A DNA stretch of 54,509 nt, filler included, from Sphacelaria rigidula (Eukaryota), in the NCBI GenBank assembly GCA_964200075.2. It is 3 parts of 3 records of this genome, joined end to end, with 100 filler letters (N's around TTAATTAATTAA, not from the genome) between each part and the next. Parts side by side here need not be neighbours in the genome. Positions count along the whole stretch, not along the records: positions 1 to 18,107 come from CAXNAA020000916.1; 2 more parts are not named here. One strand, 5' to 3'. Below, piece by piece: positions 1 to 12,700 of this stretch (its first letter is position 1; each line of letters begins with the position of its first letter). The notes beneath the pieces are model-generated. The model worked only from the letters and a program-made list of their open reading frames with translations. It ran no database searches and was not told the DNA's origin. A program made the position numbers and the translations under genes.

Positions 1-50
1 ATGGTCAAACGACTAAGGCAAGCAACAAATGAGTACCCCCCCCCCCCCCC
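1..50 (+). repeat. Dispersed short intronic repeat, copy 1 (TGGTCAAACGACTAAGGCAAGCAACAAATGAGTAC + poly-C)
   Basis: Near-identical copies at 36214-36290 (-), 47590-47645 (+) and 51372-51436 (-). Confidence 0.9.
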
Positions 51-413
51 TTCCCTCCTACTTTGACTTCTAGTAGTTAACAGTCTGAACATGAGCCGAA
101 AGTCACCATGGACGTAGTGTGAAAGCCTCTGCAAGCAGCTGACTTAGCTCCAAGAATAACCCACCGTGCATCAGTTTGTTCCCACGTCCTCTTCATCGAG
201 GGCGTCGTATCCTCCGCGCAACCCCTAAACTTAGCCTATGCACTGGGGTCTGTTTGCTCCCCACATCAGTCTAAATTTTGGGGCTTGCCATCACGTCGTC
301 TCAACCCCTCGGGAATAAGTGTACATGTCTTTTCCAAGTCCAGTATTATACTCTCAACAATACATGAACCACCTTCAGTTCGAGAGGTCTGGCTACGCCT
401 GACAGCCTAATCG

Positions 414-483
<70 letters not shown>

Positions 484-762
484 ACCAGTGTGGCCGGGGG
501 CATCATCAACNNNNNNNNNNTTCGAGAGGTCCGGCTCCGCCTGCCAGCCTAACCCCCCCCCCCCCCTTCCCCCCCCTTCCCCCCCCCGCGCGCGCCCCCA
601 TCAAATTTGAGTTGGAGTAAAGAATTGGGGTGTGCTACAACATCTTACTCGTGTCTCACCCCCTGGTGGCTACAAGAAACGTGATGGTGAAGTATTATTA
701 CGCGTCTTGCCGATCCCAACTTGACGCTAAGAAGGGGGGAAATTGGCGTGGGCCGAATCTAC

Positions 763-3700
763 CTTCACGTCGGCGTTCTTGATGAAGCTGAAGTTCAGTT
801 TGATCGGGAACAGCTGCATAGCCGCTATGTACACGTGCGGCTCCTCTTGCAGCAGGTGACCTCCGCCACTGGTGCGCACAGCGTTCCCCTCCTTGTTGCG
901 TTGCGTACCTCGCTGAGAGCTCCCTTCGGCAGCGGAACAGTCACAAGCAGGATCGAGGCAATGCCGACGGCGAAAATTTCGTCAGTGAACGGGATCAAGA
1001 GCTTAGCCTGGAACAAGCGGCGGCTGCGGTATTTAATAACCGGCGGCCGCAAGATGCCCCGTGAGGGAAAACCAATCGGACTTCAACTTCAGGACTACAA
1101 AAACGAAAGAGGACCTTTGATCTTGCACGTACATAAACCCCGGCATTGCCCAAATGGTTCGAAACAGAAAGAGCAGTCGTTCCGCTGACGCTGGGCGCTA
1201 GAGCCAAATCAATTAAAAGCCAATCAAGTAAACCTTTGAATGTGTGAATGAATCTCTTCACAGGGGACGACACTGTGCTAAAATCGTTTACTCATCAACA
1301 ACCAACTCGAGGCCTCCCCGTGCCGAGGGAATAGCACTGTTTGTCCCCACGAGAGATGCGAAGAAAGGGAGAGGGGATGCCTATACGCAGCAGAGCTTGA
1401 TTGAACTGGTGCCGAGGATGCAAGATGACGACGTATCTACCCCAGCAGAGAAGAACTGACCAACAAGTAGGCTTCAAGCCGTGCCCAGCAATTGCACAAG
1501 GGTAGGAGACGCAAACAAACGGTAACCACACCTCTCCTGCTTCCGTCGCCTACATCCTCGCCCGCCGCACCACTTTCATTGGTTCCCTTGTTCCCGGGAG
1601 CAGGAGCCTTCGGCGCCGACGCCGACGCCGACGCCATGGATTGGGGCCGCAAAGTGAGAAGGCCGACAGCGTTGCGATTGTACACGTCGTACGAGGCCCG
1701 CTGGTAGTCTAATCGATCCACCACAAACTGATCATTCGACACCAAGTGAAACGACCAAAACGAGGGAAAATGATGAGTGGGACGAGCGTTCGATAGATGC
1801 TACGTTATCGAGGTGTCGATCCGAACAGCTGTTCGAACTACAATGAAATTTCAAACAATTTCAAGTATATGTTTTCGCAGCTGAAAAAATCGTTTTTGCG
1901 GGTGATCGCCAGTGAAGGATGTTGCAGGTGACGATATATTCTCTCGTCGATCAAGTTAGACAAGAGACCGAACAAAGCGTGCTCGCTGCGGCAAAGTAAG
2001 AGCCCTACATCGCAGCAACCAGTCAAGATTCCGGATGCCAAACCGTGAACCCAGATGATGGAATCAAAGATCTGGTTCTTAAATATCGCCCACAAACAAC
2101 CAGTCAAGTCTTTGATGTCAAGAAAATAATACACGTGTAACCGAACAAAGCTTCTGTATCAACCGACGGATACTATCAACCAACAGCACCATCGACGGCA
2201 TGTCGCCAGCGTTACCTGAACGAGATCGGTCAGTATCGCCTGCTCCAACCTCACATCCAGCTCTTGGAGCATCACGGCAACGTACTGCTTGACCCCAGCA
2301 AATTTTCACCAGCATCGTTGAGGGCACAAGGGTATCAAAGGCAACGACGGCAAACGTAGCGTGAGAGCGTCATCCCAGTTGGGGTTTCTCGTGTCGAATT
2401 ACTGAGGTCATCAGTTAAGTTTGAAGATGCCGTCAACACTCGGCCGAACACAACAGGCCGAGGTCGTATCACGCTACACCGACACAGTATACCGCAAATC
2501 AGTGCACTAAAGCCACGAGCTCACCGTGATGGAGTTGACTGCGCGAGCACCGAGTGACATGGGGAAAGCGCTAGAATACGGGACACGAAGAGGGCCCTGC
2601 TCACCTCGAAGTGGTTCAGGCGGCTGTGGCTCTTGGCATTGTTGCGGATAAGGCTCATCTGCAAGGTTGCCTGTGGATTTTCCACCATAGTGGGCGCGAC
2701 CACAACCGGGGCTACGGGGTCCTGAGTTTGGTTGTCTAGCTGCACCCAACCCACGACGCCGCTGCACCTTGTGAAATCCTGTAGGCACCAACGATACGTT
2801 AGGGCACGACGATTATTCTTATTGCCGCTCGGATAAGTTTCGGTGCGTCCTTTCGAGGTGGGTCTAGTTCGGTTTCACATCAGCGGGAACTCACAACACA
2901 AGTGTCTGATATTCCTTCCGACCACGGCACCTACCAGAACGGTACACTTCCGGCGAACAAAACACTACGAACCTACGCGCCTGTCGTAGTATCGAAAGTC
3001 TTCACAACTGCTGTGATATACCCCAACAAAAATGAAAAACGCAAGGAAAGTATCGACACTTTCTACGATCGCCCCCCCCAAAACCAGCCCAAAAGTGTCA
3101 CAAAAAAAAATGGCCATACAGCGCCTGATGCTTGGGTTCAGTCCGCATGAAGCGCCTCATATTGGCAATATTGGCTAAAACGAACCCAAGCGTGAGAATT
3201 CCCAGCTGCTCGTTGTGCTCGGCGTTTTGAATTTCGATTTATGCGAAGATTTTGCCTGCCAGAACCATGCACTTTTTTGGGGGGAGGGGGGCTATCGTAG
3301 AAAGTGTCTATCGTGCGACCAACACCGGATGAACTAAAGAACCTGTCGTAACGAGCATGCTTCTCTACATCCTGGGTGCATGCATAAGAGTAGAAGCTAC
3401 CTGTGACTCAATGTAACGTCCGTCCACCCCCTTCACGGACAGGTGCAGGAGTTCCTTAGCGCGCTGGTTGTCGACAAGGGACATGGAAACCTCGCCCAGG
3501 AGTACGCTCACGTAGGAGCGGCTGGGCTCACGCGTATCCAGGCCTCCTTGCATGTCCGCACTCCAGCTAGCCGCAAGCTTCCCCGCGTCAGAAAAAAAAA
3601 AAAGCCAAAACCCCGTAGCACATGTGGGGTGGATGCCGTTGGATACAAACGTGTCGGGTCGACGGGAAACCAAGTGTAGACAGAAGGGGTAAGACTTCGG

Positions 3701-6700
3701 AGTGAACGGCACGTAATTACGCAAGCAAGTAAAAATCTTCGTTTTGTATAACAGGCTACACGCGTACACAATGACCTACCCATGTACACCAAAAGCTACG
3801 CGAAGCCGTGGTCTCGCATCGTCTCCTCAAGTGCGGTGTTCCGCCACAGGATCAAAACGCTCCCCGCAAGTCCGACCCGCTATCGTATTTTCAAGCGGAT
3901 CCAGTGCGCGCGCGCAGGCGCGGGGGGCGGAGGGCGGAGGGGTCCCACAAGAGTGGGTCCAGCCGATATGACGACCAACCCACCCACAGCATCGTGGAAC
4001 AACTGACTGTACCTGGATAATCGGGTTGTAGTGCGCAAAGTCGGCCGCTCGCCGCTGCTCCGTCGCGTTCGCGTGCAGACCAACACCTCCTCCGACAGCC
4101 ACCCCCGCCGCACCACCAACACCAGCCCAGCCCTCCCCGCCGAGGAGAGGGTCCTCCGCCCGTAGTGTCGGGGGTGACAACGGGAACCAACGCTGAGAAT
4201 AGGGCAGGGAGAGATAATAGAAACGTGGAGGCGGGGGAGGGTTGACAAATGATGACTGAAACTGTGGGACAAAATCGTTCCCGAAAAGGTTGTAAATAAT
4301 GCACATCTTCGCCATTTTCTCTAACGCCTGTGTTGCTGACAACAGTTCGTCTCGACACATGGGAGGGGGGGTGGGGGGGTAATCAACGAACCATGAGACG
4401 TATGCGGTCACTCTGACAATACTCTTGTGAGCGTTAGATCGTCATGAACTAGGAAGCTGGCAACTGTCATGACTCAAATCAGCACGTTGCACAACTGTTT
4501 TATACTGTTAGAATGGTCCATTTGGCGTGTCGGCAAGCCGCAAAGCGTCTTGACTACCGGTTTCGAGCACCATGGTTTGTTCTCACGTGGCATAACCCAG
4601 CTTCACCCAATCATTTGCATATCATATTTAGAATGGTCCATTTGGCGTGTCGGCAAGCCGCAAAGCGTCTTGACTACCGGTTTCAAGCACCATGGTTTGT
4701 TCTCACGTGGCATAACCCAGCTTCACCTAATCACTTGCATATAATATTTCAAAGAACATGGAATCCCCTTGATTGTGTCGCTCAACACTGCGGGGGGGGG
4801 CTCTGGTTGTGCCAGTCTACAGGCACCTTATACAAGTCTCCTTGATGCTGTTACTGAACACTATTATAGGGGAAGTTCTGGCTGTGCCAGTCTACAGGCA
4901 CCTTATACAAATCTCTTTGACGCTGTTACTAAACACATGTGGGGTAGATTCTGGCTGTGCCAGTCTACAGGCACCTTGTACAGGTATAATGAGTTGCATT
5001 ATCGCAACGGATTTCCGACGCGCTCTGCTAAACACGAGGCACGTCATGAAACGAGTCTACAGTCAGGAAATTTCTGTTCGTAACAAGCTATATTTCACCG
5101 TTAGCCGAAATCCCTCCCGATACTGCGACGCTGGAGGTTGTACGGCATACAGCAAAAATAAAATGCGAACGAGTTATTGCTGTTCTCACTATTATAAGCA
5201 CTCCCACCAAAAGGTTCGCCTATTCCAGCAGCATCGTTTTTTCCCGTTACTATACAAACTCAAGTGTGACCATATAATGCGACGAGAGGCCGACGGGTTC
5301 TGCCACGAATTTTGACTTTGTCAAGGTTGTGCCATGACACACCACGAGGCAAATGTCATAACGCGACGAAGCTAATAACACTGCACGCGATGGACGGTAT
5401 AGAGTGCACCGCGCCCACGGGTGTGACACTAGCGAGGATTCTTGCCAGGAGCGCTGCGTGTTCTGAAACCCGTCGTTACTCGGCCCCACTCCTGTTTCAG
5501 GAGAATGTCAGGTGTCTGATGGGAGTCCGCGATGGCAGCCAGTACAATGCAGTACAACGTGTTGCAGGCTGAGTGATCATGCGTGCCTTCCCAAAAGTTG
5601 GGGAGATGAAGACAGGAGCAATCGTAAGCGAGCTGCGCATGCCAAGGGCAACGAGATTACGCTTCAGTCATCCCGGCAAGGTTCGCCCCGCCACTTGTGT
5701 ACCGGTAAGTTTCACAGCATACAGCACACATGTCACAAACAGAGTAAACCTGTGCTGCTGCTCATGAGGCACATGACATGCACGTAATGAAGGGCTGACA
5801 AGGTGAAAGTCCAGTCAGCTGGCAAGCTGCTGGCCCTCTCGTTGGCTAGTTTCCATTCCGGAGCCGAGTGGTCGCAATGCTGCATGAAATGATTGTGCGA
5901 AACGTGAAAGCGGATTGGTCATGCCAACTGTAGCCTGATCGTCTCATCTGAAGCGTCTACGCCCCTGGTACAGTGGTCAAACTTCAAACAAAATATTTTC
6001 GATTGAAATCGTTTCCTTCAGGTTTTTCGAATACAGTACAACGAATCATCACAATATCTGTCTCATCCCAAACTTTGGGACTCGAAATGCATAAATATCC
6101 GACACAATTTTCGACGAAAAAATACGATCAAAACTTAACGAGATACGGGGTCACGAATATTTTGGAGACCTGCGAGTAGACAGCCCCCGTTTTTTGTTCG
6201 TTCATATCTTTGCTTAACCGAACCGATCTTGATGGTTATAATGAAAATTCGATGCGTTCAATTTTTCTGCTTTCTCGATATCCATTGCGCTACGACAAAA
6301 CAAAACGTATTTTTGAGCCATATGCGCTCAATAACACTCCCTCGATAAACGAGGTTTTACTCCGTATCGTTCCGATAACACGTAAGATTGGGAAATGCGG
6401 TCTGAGGACGACCTGCTTCTTCATCTCACGCCTACCGAATTTCGAACTCTCCCGCAGAGCTAACAAATCGACTGTGAACAAATTCCGATCGGGCGAATAC
6501 CATATTTCAAGTTTGACTCCTGTTGAGCACCCGCGGACTCTGTTGGTCTGGGACGACGGTGCGCGTATACTCGCGATCGCCGTCAGTACTTAAGTACAAG
6601 CGATCTTGGCCGGAGGTTTTGAAGAGGATTTGAAAATAAACGAGCAACTGCACAAGGATATCACGCAGTGCACGGCATTCTGTACGATGTGACAAGTCAG

Positions 6701-9700
6701 TTTATTCGCGGGTGGGTCGCTTGCCTGATACTCTGCTCGTCCTCGGAAGGAGCAACAGTCGATGAGATCCCCCAGCTGCAAGTCCAGGCGACCCAGTTCG
6801 ACGTCTGACCTCAGATCAGCTACACTGCCCTCGGCAAAGACGCTGAGACTGCGATTTATTAAAGGAAATAACGGCAGCAAAAAGATAGATTGCACACTAC
6901 ATTTATGGTGACGCAAAAGCAGCAAACGTTAGATTTCAAAACTACATTGATGATGGACAGCAACAGAGGTTCAATCCACTCGCGTGCCTGGTGTACTTTC
7001 TGTATGTAACAACGTCGTGCAGGAATACCATACATGGTCACAAATGTTCCAGCGCTGCCGATGTATTCGCGTTACTCAACGTTGTCATTCTCTAGGTTAT
7101 GCGTTGGCTGGCCAGTACAACGATGCATCAGCGATCACATCGCGCGGTGGCTATCTCTCGTTGTTCCTTCTCAGTGGTATGCAGTAGCAGTCTGGTACTG
7201 TGCTGCCGTAGGCCTTACAGGTCAGCACTCATGCCGAAACAAAATGGTTGGAAATAGCTGAGCCAACGATCTGCTCCCACGGCATCTTGTTTCACGTACG
7301 GGCGCACATGTTTGTGTTTTTTCACACCAGGCCATTTTTCCTAGTTTTTGCCCCTCTCCTTTACCTGCTTGTTTTCATTTTTGCATTGTGCTGTTCGCTG
7401 TTTCTTTGTTCTTTAGTATACCCCCGTCTGTCCTACCTTGTTACCTTTATCTTTTTCATTTTTTTAGCAAGCGCTTCCGCTTTTCTTTCATGATGGACAC
7501 GTCAATCTTGTGATAATCGCTGGGTCCGTCGGAGATCAGTTGATGTCTGACAATCGATCAAATAAAAAAATGGCGGCGAAGCCACGAAGGCGAAGTCGCA
7601 AAGGCGGGGCCTCAAAGGCGAGTGCCGCACGCAAGAGCCGCGCGGGTGCAAGCATTTGCCAATGTCACCACCATCGGCTAGTGACCTAGTCCCGCTGGGC
7701 ACAGACTACACTCTCTTCTTTGCCGTCGGCTGAGGTAAGCAGTATATGCGTCGCGAGAAATGAAATACTGCCACGAGTGTAAGCGATGCCTGTAAGCCAT
7801 GGTATCCACCTTGGCGCACGTCGCTGCCGCAGGCACTACCTCGTGGGTGATACTACAGCTGAATAAATGAGGATGACATACGACATTGAAAAGTTGTCAT
7901 GGCATATGCATATTCAGTCAAAAATAACTACATCATGAATGGTAGAAAAAAACTTGGCAAATCGGTGTGGCTGATGATCGACGTCAATATTTGATTTTGA
8001 GCATTGATTGATATTGACCGATGTGTACTGGTCGCGATGCACAGTCCCATATTTCTCCCACCTGAGGGTGCCCGAAGCCTCGAGAGCTTCCACCTTGAAC
8101 TCGCATGCACGCTGACTCCTCTCCCACCTTGGAGAGGCTGACGCGGTTGCTTTGTCACTGTGCCACACAAACTTCCCGCGTTGGAGATGCGTTTGAACCA
8201 CGACGTACACCCGGCGCTGAGTGTCCGCTAAGTGTAGGCCCTGGAGAAAAGCGGTGACCAAGTTACGAAAGTGCGCTATTGTGAGAATATTTCCCAACAC
8301 TATTGCATTTGGGTTGACTAAGGAGCACTGTTTCGCCCACCTATGCTCGACCCAGTCGTACAGAATACGCCGCTCTGCATCCAAGCACTCATCTTGTTAC
8401 GTGTGTAGGAATTCAATTCAATATTCACGGTGACTATTTGGCAAGTACGTTGGCTGGCTGCAGAAGACGTGAATGGATGACAGCGTAGGACATTGGCTAT
8501 GTACTGTGTAGATTGCTTTACATCCACATGATTGACTGCAGTCACTGCTTGTGGTAAACCAGCGCGACTAAATAGTAGAGCCCTGAACCGGTTCCTTGCC
8601 TCGTCTTTCCGTCCCAATATCAAGCCCTGCAGTGTCCAAATGTACGGCATCGGATTTTGAACCAAAAGCTTCACAGGGCTCTCTCATAAACAGCGAGACA
8701 CCCGAGCATACCATGTACCTGTAACGGTTGGATGCGAAGCACACCCCCGTCCCTCATCACGCGCTGGTGGCTGAGCTGCATCTCCGACAGGACGGCTTCC
8801 CTGGTTTGACGAAGCAGCTCTTTCAAGCTCGGCCGGCGCATGAGCGGCAGCATTGAAGCCTACAGATACATGAGCAGCAACAATAGGGGAGGCGCCGGTA
8901 TGAGGCGGAAGACCACGGGCACACACGTGCTAATGCATATCTCAAGGAAAATTATACTTCCAGTAGCATGAACCTGTGAGGGAATGGGAGGTCAACATCG
9001 TGAAACAAAATCACCACGGTTGATCAAATTGCAGAGGGGAGCGACGTTCCCCGGCGTTGTTCTTGACGCAGCGCAAGGCAGTGCAGGAGAACGCGGCAGC
9101 TAAGCGAGAGGAACGACACATGGGCTACAAGTACATGCGATCACAAGTAGACGTACCGATCAAGATTGGTAGCAAGTGACGTCTCCCCGACGCAGTTTCG
9201 CCAGGAAAAAAACTCAATGAAAACCCACCATATCACCGAAACCCGACATGTGTAGCAACACGTGCGCGGGCAAACGTCATGACCTCAAGGACCGACAAGA
9301 AAGCATCGCTCACTAGCGAAATCTACCGCAGGACTTTCCTGACGTCAACCAGGCGAAGTTTTGTTACTCAATGCGTTACGACGGCAGCGAGAACGAAAAA
9401 AAGCAACCTTCAAGCCGTGAGCCGCGTCGCCCCGTCTTGCCAAATCACCTTCTCTCTGAACTGCCACAGCGAATCTTGCTGTTGTGCCTGCTCTGTCATC
9501 CTAGCCGCGGCAGCAGTCGCCGCGGCGTCAGCTACCGCCTCGTGTAACAGCGCTTTCGTTCCATCGATAATCCGCACGCCGCCCCTCCACGCCTCCTGAC
9601 CACCTTTCGGATCCCCTTCGGGTCCACCTCTCACCCCACTGCTGTGCGAGCTCAACGCTCGCCCTGCCGTCGACGTCGACGAGTGTCGCCGAGTGGGAAT

Positions 9701-12700
9701 GGCCTTACCGCCACCGCCGTCCAACGTGGTAGTATGTGTTCGCATTAGTTCGCGATCCGCGGCGGCGATTATCTGCGAGCGGTCGGCGTCGGCCGTAGTG
9801 CCGTCTACGACAGCCTCGGGATTCAGAGCTGCGGCGCCCACGGCCGTGGCGGCCGTAGCTGCTCCAGCATTGTTTGCACTTTCAGCCGCAGATACTGTCG
9901 CGATCAAGTCGATTGCGCTGGGGGTCAGCGTACGGGACCCTCGCAACGCGTTCACCCGCACCTATTCGTTTTTCGTAATTGCAGTCGAAGTATCGAGAAA
10001 GGACGGCGACAAACGAGGGTGATGGAAAAAGCGTATTTTACGGCCGGGGGCAGAAAAGAACAGACCAAGTACAAGTTCGAGAACTATGTATGAGAGTGTG
10101 CTGGAACGCAGCAGCAACACAAATGATGGCTACATATACTGCAATGTGCGAAGTTTCCACCATGACGTTTTGACGTATGAAGCGTACGGTGTTGCAAGCC
10201 AAGTGCTGGGTGCAATGATTTTTCGGTCACCCAGTTCAATCCGCCGAACTCAGTGGTCACTTGTATTGTGTCCTGTCCCTATGGCATGGCCCCTCCTTTG
10301 CAATCAAGTACGAATCGACGAAAATACGGCGGCCGTGGGAAGATTTTCCACTCGCGGGAATAGGAGAAACGAAAAGATTTCCCGCACCTGCACAGCATCC
10401 AAGTGATCAGTGGTTTCGGAAGAACACAACTGTTTTGCATGACATGCGTGGTAAGGGCCAGACTATCATACCCTACAATGACAATAATGTACCCTTTCAC
10501 TAACAAATGTACCTGAATGTTTGCTTGCGCTTGTCGATGGTGAAAGCTCAATCGTCGCGTCAACCTCCTAAAGCCCCTAGTCTGCGAAGACGTGGATCCG
10601 TCACCGCTTCGCACGGGAGAAACATTGACCATACTGTTCCGCTCCTGTTGGCGATATCCCCCTCCCCCGCCACGTCTGCTGCGCTCACCACCGTCATTCT
10701 CCTCCAGGTCCCCCACACCGCCGTCACGGCGCGATGCCGGGGACGGCGTGCGCGAGTATGAACGCGATCGCGAACGCGCGCCCACACGAGAGGAGCAACG
10801 TTCTGCGGTTCGATCATTCGATGGAGGAACGGATACTGAGGCCGACCGATTGTGCACAGCCAGCACATCCGGAGACAACATGGTTGTTTCTCCCCCAGTT
10901 CGTCGCCGTGACCCACTAGTGGCTGCCATCTGTTCGCGCGCGTCGTCTCCGTCTGCCACAGTAGTGGCGTTCACCGGCACGCCGCCTTGAATATAGCGAT
11001 CGAGGGCAGGCAATAGCAAGGGAAAGTAGGATATTTGCAATACATGGAACGTACATGAAGATCGTGCACCAGCATTCAATATATAGGTTTTGAAGGGCTT
11101 GCATTACGCCCGGGTAAACTTGCAGCTGAAAACGTACTGCGGCTTACAGGAGCTCAACATCACCCTGAGGGGGAGAGGAAGAGGGGGAGAAGTTGGTGCT
11201 ATTCCTACCACCGCGAGTCCGGAAAGCACGCGACGAACTAGCCTTTCGTTGCACGATACCAAGGTTTCGTTCTGTTGAGTACGATTGTTGGTATACCCAG
11301 TGTAGCTGCCCGGGTATTACTCGTACCCGACAGTTCTGTGAGCTATGGAACCTTCCCATACTGTTACCCGACAGTTGTGCAAGCTCTACAAGCCTCCAAT
11401 ACCCGTACCCGGGGCACGAGTATACCCTTGCGAAATACCCGGGTGAGGGTACGGTTTTCTGTATAGCATCCATACCCGCACCGGACAGTTCTATAAGATC
11501 TGCACAAAATGCTTACCCGTACCCGGATTTAGGGTTAACCCCTGTGGTACTACCCGGGTGAAGGTGCGGGTTTCTGTACAACATCGATACCGTAACCGAC
11601 TGCTTCTGTACGTTTCCAGAGACTTCATACCGGTACCCGACAGTTCGCCAAGACCGATAAGCCTCCAATGCCCGAGTGAGGGTACGGCTTTCCGTACAGC
11701 ATGTATGCTATACCCCGAGATTTATGTGAGTTCTGTAAGCTCCCCATATCCGTACCCGACAGTTGTGTTACTTCTGAACAATATTTTCACCCTTGCCCTG
11801 AGTTAGGGTTTCTGCCTGTAGAAATACATGGGTTGCGGGCGCGAGTTTGTGTGCAGCATCCATACTCCACCTGACAGGGTTTTTCAGCCATCTATTTTTT
11901 CATTTCGGTACCCAGCAGTTCCGCAAGTTACGTAATACTCCCATACCCGTACCCGACAGTTGCGTAAGGCGTGTAACTTGTCCAACCTTACCCTCGGTGT
12001 GAGTGTACTTGAAGAAATACATACCCGGGTGCGCGTACGAGTTTCTGTACAACATCCACACCCTATCCGACAGGTTTTTTCAGTTCTGTAAAACGTTCAC
12101 GCCAGTACCCCGAGGGTTGCGCAAGTTTTGTAACGAATCCCATACCCTACTGAGCGTACCCGTACCCTATAGAACAAGACCTTGCACGATACCAACCTTG
12201 CTGCTGCCCGCTGAACCTCAGCTTCCACACTGAACGTTTTCGCCCACCCGGGGCCACTGTCAACTGGTTTCCCTCGGGACTGGACGGAGGTACCGAAGTC
12301 GCACTCCTGCTCTCTGGCAAGTCGCCGCGTCCGCTGCCATCAAAAAAAGCGTTGCTCTTGCCCTTGCCTAAACCTCGGCTGGAGGACGGGCTGGAGGAAG
12401 GGCTGAACCGCGCGGCGATACCTACACTCCGTCTGCGTTGATTGGGCGAAAAGCGGTCGCCGCCGGGCACGACAGCTGGGTCGACAGTCGGTACGAGCGA
12501 GTCAGTGTTCAAAAGATCGCGGTTATTTTTGTCATGTTCCGCTCCTCGTTGATCGTCGGTCGCTATGGCCTGGTTGTGTGATCTCGAACTTGTCCCGCCA
12601 CGAAAGCTGTCTCTGTTGCTATCCACGAGGCCCTTGAGCCCGAACTTCTCGAAGTGTCTCTTGAGGCGCGCCATTTTAGAGCTAAGCTTGCGGCCGCCGA

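Noticed and set aside
105-240. Possible further VPS13 exon on the minus strand
   Set aside because: No phase-0 exon with a recognisable motif could be defined.
379-590. Duplicated TTCGAGAGGTC..GCCTAA + poly-C on either side of a 10-N gap
   Set aside because: Most likely an unresolved assembly overlap at a low-complexity poly-C tract.
4802-4984. Repeat with short variable spacers resembling a CRISPR array
   Set aside because: The conserved part is about 58 nt, the spacers are about 15 nt and related to each other, there are no cas genes, and it lies in a eukaryotic intron: a plain tandem repeat.
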